From the NCBI RefSeq assembly GCF_006345805.1, contig NC_042998.1, positions 85,250,001 to 85,314,000 on the forward strand: a stretch of DNA of 64,000 bases, written 5' to 3'. The first letter of the stretch is position 1. The number at the start of each line of letters is the position of its first letter. The translations under genes and the position numbers were made by a program. Origin of the DNA: Octopus sinensis (Eukaryota). The notes under the pieces were generated by a model. The model worked only from the letters and a program-made list of their open reading frames with translations. It searched no databases and was not told the origin of the DNA. Below are positions 40,357 through 53,650 of this stretch, piece after piece.

Positions 40357-42317
40357 GGTCTAGTTTGGTAATCACCCTTGGTTTATTTTTCTGAAACAAA
40401 AATACCATAGCTAACATTCCCAGCAGCTTTTGTACAGATTCTTGACAGCCAAGTAAACTAAGATATGTAAGAATAAATACATTACTTAAATATACAATAG
40501 TAACCACTGAGGATTTAAACTATCTTGTGATCTGACAACACACCAGTTGACCAGCCTATTTCCATGCCCTCAGTCAGTGGGGGATATTAAATACCAATAA
40601 CTATACATTGGATACCACTGACTAATCATATTGTGTGTTTTCCAAGCAAGGGGCAGCAAATCCATAGTAAGTAGGTTTGGCATAGTGATGAAATAATAAT
40701 AATGATGATAATAATAATAATAATAATATTTTTAAAGTTCTGAAAGTAAATTAGCTAAGATATTAAGATATATAACTTTGGGGTACTAACATAAAAGAAA
40801 ACTAGAAAATGTTAAAGTGAATAAATAAATGAAAATAACATTGAAATACTGCCTTAAACTAATACTATGTGAGAAAATAAAATGTAATCAATAGAATATT
40901 GAAGTAAAAATTAATTAGTTGTTGTTGATAAAACATATCTAAAGTCTATGAAAAAAAAATTAATCAATAAAATTAAAAAAAATAAATTTAGTCAAATTTT
41001 TTGTGTGGTTAAGAGAAAAAAATGGAAAAAAAAACCCTTCCAAAAAACGTTAAAATAATAGTAAAATGAACAGTTCCTTTTAATACAGAGATAATTAGAT
41101 GTTTCAAAGACTTAAGTTTCCTTTCATATCCTCAAAATGCAATAGCCATAACTTTTGAACAATTAAGAGTCATTAATTCTTCTACTAAATAGTGCCATTA
41201 ACTGAGAAACAGGAAAAAGAGGATCAAGCATTTTAACAATAAGAGAGGCAATTAAAGAATTTTATGATTTAAGTTGATTAACCTTTAACAGGTCAAATTT
41301 GCAAGTGTTTTAATGGAAATTTAAATAATTGTAGCATGATTTTGAACAGAAAAACAAATTGAAAATAGAAAAGTGAAGAAAGAGAATGAAAAATAAAAGT
41401 GAACATGCTCTTGGCATCATTTTACCAAATAGAATATGTATTGCTGAGAATGAAATTCCAATTTGTAAAGAAATTGGATGAGAGATTTCTCAGGCAGTCA
41501 ACATGAGTGTCATAAATGGATATTAAAAATGGAACAACACATTTTATTCTATATTTCTGATAACTCTTTACTGCCTTTGTCAATCTAAAGTCGAGCTTTT
41601 TATATCATTTGAAATATATTAGCCCAGCAGTTAATTAAAAAATGTGAATGAATATTTTATAAGAACTATTACAGTCATATACAAAAGTTTGTCTGAAATG
41701 TTAAATGAAGTCATTGATAAATTCCAGATTCATTTATTCAGTTGCCATCAAATTATTCATCTATTGGATTCCATGCCAAAAGTTTGCTGAAGCTAGACCG
41801 ATGTTCTTCAACAGTTTCTTCCAGTGTAGCCTTTCATCATGGCTGGCAATGTTGGTGTACTCATTGTGAAGAATACAGTGTAAAATGGTTGGATACCAAA
41901 GTACAGATAATAGACAAGTGAGACTTGTTATTAATATAATTTAATTTAAAGAATTCAAATCCTTCTATGGACAGCTTTGCTTTTCATCATTCTGGAGCTG
42001 ACAGAATAAAGTATCAGTCAAGTGCTAGAGTCAGTACAAATGACTGTTCCCTCCCTCAAAACTTTTGGGCATGTCCCAACGTAAGAAATCATTTTGATTT
42101 AATTTTTTAATGAGATGGATGAGCTTGGCTTTCAAACAAGTAACTCAATTCTAAGCAGAGTTTCGTAGAGGCACACCCTTATATCGATCTCAGTTGACAG
42201 TCTTGCATAGAATTTGTGGTTACCAAACACAATAAGTAAATGGCAACAACAAAAGGCTCTCCACACATCATCTAGACATTTTACTACATTAAATTGGTTG
42301 CAATTACTTTAAAATTC

Positions 42318-42394
42318 CAGGGTTTTTCAAACCTCACTATGCAATTTCTCTTGTATGCCTCTCGAGGTAACATACTTTGGTTTGAGAACCCATG
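42318..42394. mobile_element. Tiny hAT-like remnant
   Basis: cagggtttttcaaac ... gtttgagaacccatg. Confidence 0.4.
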
Positions 42395-43124
42395 CTATGC
42401 AACAAGACTGCCAAATAGTTTGGTCTCATTTCCTCATGCCAGATGATACCAGAAATGTCAGAGTGTATAAAAAAAACCCTGAGTAATATAATTTTGTTTG
42501 GACTAAAATATACAGCATGAATAATGGCACAGTTCTTGTAATAAAGACTTTAACTGAAAAGTATGTTTATGACAATGCAACTGGTGGGTACAATACTGAA
42601 TTCAAAACATTCATTGAACAGAGACCATAGAGGAAAAGAAGTATTGTTGTTCTTGTTCCAGCCAATGATGTGTATCCTTACTGGAGCACTGCAATGTTGC
42701 AATAGAAACCTTTACAGAAGAACTTTCAAAACACCAACATACTATGGAGATAGATTGTATTTAATATGTCTATCACTTTCGGCTGCCTTTTAATATAATA
42801 CATATATGTAGGAAACCTAGCATATCCAAGGACATCTCCATGTGCTGAGTTGATAAACATTTGTATTATGCATCTACACATGTGCAAGCCTAGGTAAGAT
42901 TCTATTTTTTTGTTTTTCTGAGGAAGACCAGCAATTACCCCTGCATACAAGTTTCCCCCTCTCCATGCCACAAATGTTTGTTTCAAAGAAAGCTGCCAAC
43001 TTGGACCAATACAGCTTGGCATTAGTGTCATCATAAACAATACTTTTAGAACACAAGAGAGCCAGATGAGATACTGTAAAGAATTTTGCTTAAACTCCTA
43101 CCAAGACCACTGTCCTAGATTAGT

Positions 43125-43262
43125 ACTATTTCTTATCACCCCTGAAAAGATGAAAGGCAAAATTGACCTCAGCAGGTTTTGAATTCAAGGTGCAGAGTCA
43201 AAGAAATATAATTGCAAAGCATTTTAACCGTTGCTCTAAAGATTCTGCCAATTCACCACTTA
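43125..43262 (-). mobile_element. Family-B SINE, 5' part
   Basis: gatgaaaggcaaaattgacctcagcagg..tgaattc..gattctgcca. Confidence 0.7.
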
Positions 43263-43606
43263 AATATTAAAAGCAACAAAAAGATGTCACAAAACTTGTA
43301 GAGGATGTATTTTCTTCCGTTTTCCTTTGTAGTCCACTTGTTAAAATATAAATGTATTGTTGACTATTTCAGAAGGTAGCTATGGGCACAAACCAGCTTT
43401 AGGATTTACATTTTAAAATGAAACAATAGTTTTATTCTTTTATAAAATTGTTACCAAAACTAAAGTTCCACGTAAAGAATAAAAAAAACAACTTATAATA
43501 TTAACCCATTTAAAATAATAGCGAAGAAATAAAAAGCAGTACATGACCATCCTTTGGCTTTAAAGACACAAGCATGGGTATGTAGTTATGAAGCTGACTT
43601 TGTAAC

Positions 43607-43950
43607 GGCACCTTGGGCAAGCAGCTTCTGCTGTGCCCTCGGGCCAACAGATGTCTTGTGAGTGAATTTGGTAGACAGAAACTGTGTGGAAGAGTGTGTA
43701 TAAGTACATATGCAAGTGTGCATGTCTTTGTTGTTTGTCCCCCACCACCACCACTTGACAAACTGTGTTGGTTTGTTTACATTCCTATAACTTAGAGATT
43801 TGGCAAAGAAAACAAAAATACACAAAGACTAATAGTACCAAATTCTAAAAAGCAAATGAGTACTGGGGGCAATTTGTTCAACAAAACCTTTCAAAGCAGT
43901 GCCCCAACATGGTCACAGTCCAGTGACTGAAATAAGTAAAAAAAAAAATA
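43607..43950 (+). mobile_element. Family-A SINE, 5'-truncated
   Basis: ggcaccttgggcaag..tgagtgaatttggtagacagaaactg..cagtccagtgactgaaataagtaaaa. Confidence 0.8.
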
Positions 43951-45289
43951 AAAGCTGCAAATATTGATATCTAAAAAAGTCTTAGAATAAACAAACAAGG
44001 AAGTTTTTCCTATCACCTGTTCTTTTGTTTTCCCAACAAAACTTTGCTTTCTTCAACAAAACTGTTGTGACCTATTTATAAATAGTACCCATTCAATGAC
44101 TAATCTAGTACACTGACCTGATTGTAACTACACCTTGTCAAGCAACAAATATGATTCTCCAAACTGACCCATATTTTATACTAACTATTGATCTCCACTT
44201 TATCATCGGGCCTTATGTCAAGCTGAACAACTACTTAATTAGAATTTTAATGTTTGCTAGTTTGTAGTTACTGCTTGTTAGCATTGACTGTGGTATATTC
44301 CACTCAACAATAGAGCTTACTTGCATAATAATTAGGATAGCATTAACGGTAAATGTATCTACTTATTCATCTGCTATTTCAAGTACTACTGCATGAGAGA
44401 GTCTTAACAAAATCACTCAAACTATTAAAAGTAGCAGTCAAAATACCTCATACTGCCTGAACAATGCATTTGATAATACAGTCCTAACTATCCCTAAATA
44501 TAAAACGGAATGGTAAAAGCTCAAATGCTTTTGACTACACATTTGCTTAATCAGTCAGGGGTGACATTAGGCTAAACAACTACTGCAACAGGAGCTAATC
44601 TCAATTTACAAGGGATACAACCCTAATAAACATATTGTTTGAACTCCTCAAAAGGTAAGAAAAAAAGAGAAAAAAAAATGTGCTTCCCAACCATGTGGTT
44701 TCAGATTCGGTCCCATTGTGTAACACCTTGGATGAGTGTCTTCTACTATAGCCTTAGATTGATCAATACCTTGTGGATGAAATTAATAGGGGGAAACTGT
44801 GCAGAAGCCCATTGCATGTGTATGTCTGTCTGTCTTTTATTGAAATCATTTAAAAACAAATGGTACTTTAGTTTATGTACTTAACAGTGGTTTGATTAAT
44901 AATGAGCAGTAAGATGATGTACCAGTCTTTAAAATAAGTACTTGGATAATGTAGTCCCACAAATTATGTATATCTGGGACAACATTATTCAATGCATCAA
45001 ACATTTCCAGATAGTTGAGTACAAATTAGCCCTTTTGTAACAATATTTCTAATGAAATACACTGTCAGTTTTAATCAAGTTTAAAATTAATGAATTAAGT
45101 AAAATAACTTTGTTATTATTAAGATGGTGTTTGGAACATAACTTAACATAAAACTTTGACACAAGGTTTATTTTAGATCACTTGAGAGCAGAAAGTTTGC
45201 ATCACAGAACCAGAGTGTTCTCAGGCAAGCTGGCATCAAGAGTTTAGTGAGCTTTAGTTTCTGATTCTAGCAGGCTGAGCAACAATGTA

Positions 45290-45593
45290 TAGTGGTTCTC
45301 AAGTAGGGTCTATAAGATTTTGTGGGGTCCACACAAGCAAAATAGCAAGTTAGGGATCCATAGTAGTATATCAAGGGTTCACAAAAAAGTTTTGATTTAC
45401 ATGTAATTTATTGCAAGAAACATACTATGTTTCTTTCTTAACCTAAACAAGTTAATGTTTGAATAACAAAATAGGAATTTTGTAAGAAGTATCTATAAAA
45501 CTAGTCTTTAAACATCAAATAGCTATAGGGTCTACCAGAATAGAATAGTAATCAAAGGGGTCCATAGAGAAAAAAAATGATTGAAAGCCACTG
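45290..45593. mobile_element. hAT (Charlie-like) MITE inserted into a family-E repeat
   Basis: Termini tagtggttctcaa / ttgaaagccactg, repeated ggggtcca subterminal motifs, imperfect target duplication atgtatag/atgtagag. Confidence 0.7.
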
Positions 45594-46083
45594 ATGTAGA
45601 GGCTCCCTTGATGGCTCTGATCTGTAAGCAGTTACACTACAGGAGGAATAGATGTAAGTAGCAGCAGTACTATGATCGATGAATGTCTGACCTAGCTTGT
45701 GATATTGAGTTTAGGCCTTTCTAAAAGAAGTGATAATAATAAGGTGTTCCTTAATTCACAATACTATAAGCATCACTCCAAAGTGGAATTAAAAATGTAT
45801 AGATGCTTAGTAACAACAATGCAAAATCTAACACAAAATCTATTACACAGTAAGATTATAATTTTTCAGACTATTAAATCTCATCTTTAGACATAAAAGA
45901 TTATTCAATATTTCCATAAAGATTGACGTTAATAGTCCAAAAATTATAATCTTGTTAACAACAATTCATCTTAAAACATTTAGACAGAATTGTGTAGTGT
46001 TCCATGGCAAGAAGCTTAAATAATTTAAATCATTCAAGCTTATGTTGTTGTTATTATTATTAATATTATTATAATTATTATGT

Positions 46084-46315
46084 AAGGTGGTGAGCTGGCA
46101 GAATCATTCGTAAGCCAGGTGAAATGCTGAGCCGTATTTCGTCTGCTGCTACATTCTGAGTTCAAATTCTACTGAGGTTGATTTTGTTTTTCATCCTGTT
46201 GGGTTCAATAAATTAAGTATCAGTTGAACGCTGGGGGTCAGTGTAATCGAAACCCCACCATCACCAAAATGGCTGCCCTTGTGGCAAAATTTGAAATCAT
46301 TATTATAATTATTAT
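46084..46315 (+). mobile_element. Family-B SINE
   Basis: aaggtggtgagctggcagaatcatt..ctgagttcaaattctactgaggttga; ATT-rich flanks. Confidence 0.85.
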
Positions 46316-46780
46316 TAGTGGTGATGGTGGTGCTGAAAACAGTGAATCAAAAGAAGCCTGAGAATCCAAACCTAATGGCAGGGCCAGGTGAAACTATTGG
46401 TAAATCAAGAGGTCTTTTACACACAAAGGTAAAAAAACCCAATAAAAATAATAAAATCACCCAGTAGACCATGTAAAGTGATTGGTATTAAGAAGGCCAT
46501 CCAGCTGTAGAAATCATGCTAAAACAGATAATGGAACCTTATGTCACACCTGGCCTTGCCAGCTCCAGTCAAACTGTCCAACCCATGACAGCATAGAAAA
46601 CAGACATTAAATGATGATGGTGAAAATGATTCCATTCTTACATTTGATAAGTTGTAATATACCTCTTTATTTCTACATTGGCAGTTTTTACTCCTTGTCT
46701 AAGAATTTTAAAATTATATCTTTACAGGCACCAAAATTCAGTTTTCCCAGGGCACTAGCAACCTTAGGACCAGCTGCAGT

Positions 46781-46854
46781 TATGGTTTCATTCCTGAATA
46801 TAGCCAATCAATTTGGCTATGGTTTCATTCCTGAATATAGCCAATCAATTTGGC
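46781..46854. repeat. Perfect 37-bp tandem duplication
   Basis: tatggtttcattcctgaatatagccaatcaatttggc x2. Confidence 0.95.
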
Positions 46855-46951
46855 TTTCTATTACTCTTCAAGGAAAAATGAGACAGTTGCAACTGCACAT
46901 CTACTTTTCTTTATCTTAAAACTTCATTGACATGACATATATATATATATG

Positions 46952-47275
46952 AAGGTGCATCAGGTTCACAATCAGAATGTAGTAAGTTCGATTCTTGGAT
47001 TGGGCTGTGCGTTGTGTTCCGGAGCAAGACATTTTATTTCATGTTGCTCCAGCTTACTCAGCTGTAGTAATGAGTTGTGACATCACTGGTACCAGACTGT
47101 ATCAGCCTTTGCCTTTCCCTTGTATAACATCACTGATATAGAGAGGGGAGGCTGGTATGCATGCATGACTGCTGGTCTTCCATAAACAACCTTGCCCAGA
47201 TTTGTTCCTTGGAGGAGAATTTTCTAGGTGTGATACCATGGTTATTCATGATCAAAGGGAGTCTTTATCCTTTAT
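46952..47275 (+). mobile_element. tRNA-derived SINE (family D)
   Basis: B-box-like aagttcgattct; core gagcaagacattttatttcatgttgctccagcttactcagctg, shared with the copy at 19705. Confidence 0.7.
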
Positions 47276-47295
47276 ATATATCAAATATATACACA

Positions 47296-47610
47296 GGTGC
47301 AGGATTGGCTGTGTGGCAAGTGTCTTTTACTATAGCCTTGGACTACCAAAGTGGATTTTGGTAGACGGAAACTGAAAGAAGCCCATTGTATATATGTATG
47401 TGTGTGTATATGTTTGTGTGTCTTTCCCCCCAACATTGCTTGACAACCGATGGTGGTGTGTTTACGTCCATGTAAAATAGCAGTTCAGCAAAAGAGACTG
47501 ATAGAATAAGTACTAGGCTTACAAAGAATAAGTCCTGGGGTTAATTTGCTTGACAAAAGGTGGTGCTCCAGCATGGCAACAGTCAAATGACTGAAACGAG
47601 TAAAAGAGTA
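47296..47610 (+). mobile_element. Family-A SINE with an internal deletion in the head
   Basis: ggtgcagg..ggctgtgtggcaagtgtctt joined at ggcaag; tail gactgaaacgagtaaaagagta. Confidence 0.85.
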
Positions 47611-47799
47611 TATATATATATATTGCACTTTTTACCACTATCTAATGACATAAACATAGATCACGGGTAATATGCCGTAATATAAAATAATTATTTATAT
47701 ACATGATTGATCTGAATCATGTAGTGTTGAAACAACCACCATGAAGGAATCAATATAATCCCATGGCTTCTATTCTTGGCCTCTCTTTCTGTATATATA

Positions 47800-48250
47800 T
47801 AGGCATCCAGTCATAGAAACCATGCCAAATCTGACTGGAGCCTGGTCAAACATCCAATCCATGGACAATGAATGATGATGACGATGATGATACATGTGTT
47901 ATCATCATCATCATCATCATCATTGTTTTCATCGTTTAACATCCACTTTCCATGCTGGCATGGATTGGATTGTTTGACTGAGGGTTGGCAAGCCAGAAGG
48001 CTGCACCAGGCTCCAATCTGATCTGGTAAAGTTTCTACAGCTGGATACCCTTCCTAACACAACCACTCTGAGAGTGTAGTGGGAGCTTTTTATGTGCCAC
48101 TGGCATCAACCATGCTTGAATGGTGCTTTTTATGTGTCACTGGTGGGGGACCAGTCAGCCAGCACTGGCATCAACCACACTCGAATGGTGCTTTTTATGT
48201 GTCTCCAGCATGGAGCCAGTCAAGCAGCACTGGCATCAACCATGCTCGAA
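47800..48250. mobile_element. Tail-to-tail pair of family-C elements (47800-47890 plus, 47905-48250 minus)
   Basis: (gat)n faces (atc)n; ccatgctggcatgg..tttctacagctggatacccttcctaa. Confidence 0.8.
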
Positions 48251-48644
48251 TAGTGTATATGTGTGTGTGTGTGTGTATGTATATAGTAAGTAGTTAATTA
48301 AAGCTTGGATATACACCTGCTAGTCTGCTGATTAAGGCACATTCACTTTCTATGGTTACCTGATATATAAAAAATAAACTGTATTCAATCCATGTCATTC
48401 GAAACCACAAAATCCATAGGCAACCACCTGCAAGCAAATAATGACATGCTATATAATCAAACCAAATGAAACTGAGCTTATTGAATGAGGTACCTTTTGA
48501 AAAGTCACCTGACTCATCTGCACCGAAGAATGCACCATAACCAATTGTATAGCATCTCATCTGTGAGGGATTGATACAAGATGGGTCAAAACAATCATTG
48601 TAATTAATAAAGAATCTCATGAATTCCATTTCACTTCTCTCATG

Positions 48645-48699
<55 letters not shown>

Positions 48700-48703
48700 T
48701 ATC

Positions 48704-49085
48704 GGTGCAGGAGTGGCTGTGTGGCAAGTAGCTTGCTTACCAACCACATGGTTCCAGGTTCAGTCCCACTGCATGGCACCTTGGGTAAGTGTCTTCAACT
48801 ATAGCCTCAGGCTGACCAAACCCTTGTGAGTGGATTTGGTAGACAAAAACTGAAAGAAGCCCGTCGTATATATGTGTGTGTGTGTTTCTCCATCATCACT
48901 TGACAACCGATGTTGATGTGCTTACAGCCCCATAACTTAGTGGTTTGGCAAAAAAAACTGATAGAATAAGTACTAGGCTTACAAAGAATAATTTCTGCAG
49001 TTGATTTGTTTGACTAAAGGCAGTGCTCTAGCATTGCCACAGTCAAATGACTGAAACAAATGAAAGGATAAAAGAAAAAGAAAAA
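48704..49085 (+). mobile_element. Full-length tRNA-derived SINE (family A) with internal (TG)n
   Basis: Head ggtgcaggagtggctgtgtgg (A-box-like), ggttcagtccc (B-box-like), core gcaccttgggcaagtgtctt..ccttgtgagtggatttggtagac, tail cagtcaaatgactgaaacaa; follows a (TA)n tract. Confidence 0.9.
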
Positions 49086-49244
49086 TATATATATGTCTTT
49101 TGGGTGTTATCTGAAGAGTCATATTTTGTAGTGAAAAGAAATAACAGTCTTTTGGCTGCTATTTCTAAATTTACAGTATGTGGTGAAGCAACTTGTTGCT
49201 AAACCCTTAATTATTGTTATAAATATATATATATATATATAAAA

Positions 49245-49730
49245 GATGATAGAGTGACAGAAAGAGCACTAGGCTAGAGGTTTTACAGTATTTAGTTTTA
49301 CTCCTCTATATTTTGAGTTCAAATTCTTCTTGGAAACAGTAGGTAACTTAGCTTGGCTTTCTTCTCACCAGGAGATGAAATAAATAGTAGTGATATGCTG
49401 AAGAACAGGCACTTAAATAAATCCCTCTTCTACAAATTTTCAGCCCTGTTCAGTATCAGAAATAATAATTATTATTAGAATGATAGATTGGCAGATTCAT
49501 TAGAGTAGCAGACAAAATACCTTCCAACACCTGTTCTAACCCTTTATGTACAGAGTTCAAATCTTGGCAGAGCCAACGTTGCCTTTGATCCTTTCAAGGT
49601 AAATTAAGTATCAGTGATGCATTGAGATCGATAAGATAAAACTAAGCACTGAAGTTGAATGCATTGACTAATAACCTCCCCTTAAAAATGATGGCCTTGT
49701 GTCTAAATTGCAAATCATTATTATTATTTT
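49245..49730 (+). mobile_element. Two diverged family-B SINEs in tandem
   Basis: gagttcaaat twice with a degenerate core and ATT tails. Confidence 0.65.
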
Positions 49731-51089
49731 TATTGCTATCATCTTTTTCCTCCACATCATAACAGTCATAGCATAGCAATGATGAGTTAGTGATAGTGTG
49801 AGGAACTAAAGTCCTGATTGGATTCTATGGTTCAGTTTCAATTTAATCAAATGATAAGAATAATTACTGTAATAAAGAACCTCATTTTCCCCTACCCTAC
49901 ACACCATACCTCTCCATCCCAACAGCTCTAATTAAGAACGTCATTACAAGTATTTATTTTCACAGAAATACTTTATTGTTTTGTTACTTTTGCTTCATCA
50001 ACTGAAGTTGATTGTGTCATTTCATAGACAATTTTGCTGTAGTAGTAATAAACAAACAGATAGGCAGATAGATAGATACATAAAATTAAATAACCAAGCG
50101 ACAGTATTATTGTAGTCATTTCTAACTTGCTATACAGCCACATATCAAAAGCTATTATTTAATGACTATTTGGTATACAAATCAAACAGTCATTAATAAA
50201 CAAACATACACAATACATCTTATAATAAAAACATTAAAAAACAAACAGATAGTCGAAACAAAAACCGGAAAAAAAAATTTGGTATAAGGTAAGAGTGAAA
50301 AATTTTTAATGATGAGAAATAAATTAACCCATCCTTAGTAGAGCAAGAAAACTATGAACGATCAGACAAAATAGAAAAATAAAATAAAATTAAAATTAAA
50401 ATAAAGGAAGAAAAAAACCAGAAAGCCATCAGACCAATTCAATCAGCTAGTTAGCCATGGAGAAACAGACAGAACAGGAGGGTATTGTGCATACTAAATA
50501 CAATAAGTTAGATGAAAGGTGAAGATAATAATTTTCTACACTCATAAAAAGGAATTGAAATCAATACACAATTAGAATTGTGACAATGGTGGGAATAGGT
50601 GATGACTTTGATGGGGGGGGGGGATGTGGAATCGGTTTTCTTTTTGTTTTGTTTTTTATCACATTAAAATAATGTTGCAGTTCTATTTATGTAGACTTTA
50701 CTAAAAAAGAATTTCATTTAATGTCCTTTAACAAATAAAAATATATAAAACCAAAGAGTCAGTTACAGCAAACTGAATCGATAAGATCAGATGGAAAACT
50801 GACTGAAAGGTTGACAGTTCATACCAAGTCAACTGATGCTGTCTGTGTCCATCACTGCCATCACTCACTGGTTCTTGCTCACCAGTTATTTTGTAAACTG
50901 TGTGAGAGCACAATATCATTAACAAAATTATAATAATCTTTGTCTTATATAGGCATAAGCTCATACATTCTGGGAGCAAACTTAAATGGACTTCCAGACC
51001 AACATAATTTCATTGAGAACATGAATACGTATTAGTTTTAGACTTTTATTTTCTTTAAATTAAGGTTTTTTTTTTTTCATATCTCCATA

Positions 51090-51310
51090 TTCACTTTTTT
51101 GATACCAACCTACCCAAGGCTGCTTCTGGTTCTGCAACATAAACTTACTGTTTTAAAGTGACCTAAATTAAAATATTCCTTCAATATTTTATGTATATTT
51201 ATTCCAAACACCAGCATAACAAGCATTTTACTAAATTCTTCATTATTTTAAAAATTAATTGAAGCAAAAATGGTGTAGTTCAAAGAAATATGGTGACAAA
51301 AAAAGATTAA
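51090..51310. mobile_element. piggyBac-like (TTAA) MITE; inverted copy at 45026-45247, deleted copy at 306-402, fragment at 13690-13820
   Basis: Ends resemble ttaacccttttgatacc / atatggtaacaaaagggttaa; shared body taaagtgatctaaattaaaa..ttccaaacacca. Confidence 0.65.
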
Positions 51311-51436
51311 TCCTAGCCCTGAGTCAATCAACTTTTCAAAAGAAACAATCAGGATGATGAATCAGGACACGATTAAATAATGTCCAAATTATTAAAGTAA
51401 ACCAGATATCAGCAGTAAAAAAAAAAACCCATTTAA

Positions 51437-51760
51437 ATCATCATCATCGTTTAATGTCTGCTTTCCATGCTGGCATGGGTTGGACGGTTTGAGTGAGGAC
51501 TGGTGAACCAGATGGATGCACCAGGCTCCAATCTGATCTGACATAGTTTCTACAGCTGGATACCCTTCCAATCTGATCTGGCAGAGTTTCTACAGCTGGA
51601 TGCCCTTCCTAATGCAGATCACTCCAAGAGTGTAGCGGGTGTTTTTACGTACCACCAGCATGAGGGCCAGTCAGGCGGTACTGGCAATGGCCCCGTTCAT
51701 ATGGTGTTTTTTACATGCCACCTGCACAGGAGCCAGTCCAGCGGCACTGACAACAACCTG
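51437..51760 (-). mobile_element. Family-C element with an internal 40-bp tandem duplication
   Basis: catcatcgtttaatgtctgctttccatgctggcatgggttggac; ccaatctgatctg..gtttctacagctgga..ccctt twice. Confidence 0.85.
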
Positions 51761-51814
51761 TTTGTGATAAATGAGAAACAGCAAAATTTCCATGAAATAT
51801 GATAAAAACAAAAT

Positions 51815-52000
51815 GGTGCAGATATGGGTATGTGGTTAAGAAGTTTGCATGGCTGTGTGGTAAGAAGTTTGCTTCTCAGCCACATGCTTCTAGGTTTAAT
51901 CTCACTGTGATACTTTGGGCAAGTGTCTTCTATTATAGACTTGGGCCACTCAATGTCTTATGAATGAATTTTAGAGATGAAAACTGAAAGAAACCTGTTG
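51815..52000 (+). mobile_element. Family-A SINE 5' half with a duplicated head
   Basis: tgtggttaagaagtttgc occurs twice in succession, then the core tgggcaagtgtcttcta. Confidence 0.75.
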
Positions 52001-52019
52001 TGGGTGTGTGTATAAGTAG

Positions 52020-52310
52020 ATCATCATCATTTAACATCAAACCGTCTCACCTATGCTGGCATGGGTTAGACAGTTTGAATGTAGCTGGCAAGCCAGAGAA
52101 CTGCACTAGTCTCCAGTCATCTGTTCTGGCTTGGTTTCTACAACTGGATGCCCTTCCTAATGCTGACCCCTTTGGAGTGTGCTGGGTGTCTTTTATGTGG
52201 TACCAACACAGGTACCTTTTACAGGTCACAGGCACTGGTCATGACCACAGTTTCACTTAGCATGATGAGACATCTTAAGCACAGCAAATTGTCAGAAGTC
52301 TCAGTTACTT
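52020..52310 (-). mobile_element. Family-C element
   Basis: atcatcatcatttaac..atgctggcatgggtt..ctggatgcccttcctaatgc. Confidence 0.8.
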
Positions 52311-53389
52311 GCCACATATATGTATATATGTCCAACCCATGCCAGTATGGAAAACAGATATTAAATGATGATGATGATGATAATGATGTCTGTGTGTGTT
52401 TTTGAAAACAGGTGAAGGTTGACATCAGGAAGAACACCCAGCTGTAGAAAACCAGCTTCAACAAAATTTCATCAAACCAATGCAAACATGGAAAAGTGAA
52501 ATTAAGTGATGATTATGATGAGACACAATCAGAACTTCCAGTGAGGGAACAGCGGATTATATTCTCCTCCATATTCGACAAGTACTTTAATTTATTGACC
52601 CTGGAAGGATGACAAGCAAAGTTGATCCTGCCAAGATTTGAACTCTGAATGTAAAGGGCCATAACTAAAAACTATAAGTGATTATTCCTACGCTCTAATA
52701 ATTCAGCCAAGATAATAAACGCTATCTGTGAAAATAATGTAGAGGCATAAAAGAGTAATTCATGTCTGGTAAAATAGATACAAAATTCTAAATGTTCAAT
52801 CAGTGAAACATCAGAGACAACGTCTCTTTTAATGACAACAACAACAACAGCAACAATTTTTGATCTCAACAACAGTATCCAAGAAGAAATATCCATAAAA
52901 GATCTCTCTAGCAAAGATCAATTCTTACAGGCCCTTTACTGAAACATAATTAAGACAGATTATAGCAATCTAGGCAAAACACCAGAGACAAAGAGACAGA
53001 CTGGGCACAAAGATCATTTCTTTTGATATAAACTAATATATTTTTGACAAGCACTACCTTTTTTTTTTATCTTTTCTTGAAAATAAATGAGACATAAAAA
53101 AAAACTGCGAGATTAAAGTACAGGGTGAATGACCATGAGTTCATGAGTCATGAGGTGAAACTTTAATGCTATGCCTGTCACATAACTCTACTTGCCATAG
53201 TCTGCCTGACTGACAAATAAGTTCGACTCCTACTTTACAAGTATGTGGTCAGTAATATAAAGGATATAGAGCTGAGGATGTTGCCACAGTTAAAAATAAT
53301 GCAACCCATGACTGTGTATAAAAATAATGGTTAGCAATCACAATGAAGAAAAATGTTCAGTGTCTTCTCATTTTAAGAAAGAAACCTGT

Positions 53390-53650
53390 TTTGTGTGAGA
53401 GTGTGTTACTGTCACCTTGTCTTGACATTGTGTGATAGCTGTAACTGAGAGTCACTGTCATGCAAGTGGTGTTCTTCATTTTCGGTCTTCCATGAAAACA
53501 TCTGGTCATGGGGAAATAATACCTTACCTGTAAACAGGTGAAGGTTGATGACAAAAAGGGTATCCATCTGTAGAAAAACTGCCCAAACAAAATTCCATGC
53601 AACCTATGCAAGCATGGAAGAAAAGTGGACATTAAACTAATGATGGTAAT
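53390..53650 (+). mobile_element. Family-C variant; related copies at 37875-38100 (-), 27530-27715 and 52410-52520
   Basis: aaacaggtgaaggttgatgacaaaaagggtatcc..tgtagaaaa..caagcatggaa..tggacattaaa. Confidence 0.65.

Noticed and set aside
48294-48779. 161-aa minus-strand ORF
   Set aside because: It starts in an antisense SINE and crosses (TA)n. The unique part has no recognisable motif or good acceptor, and its length is within chance expectation.
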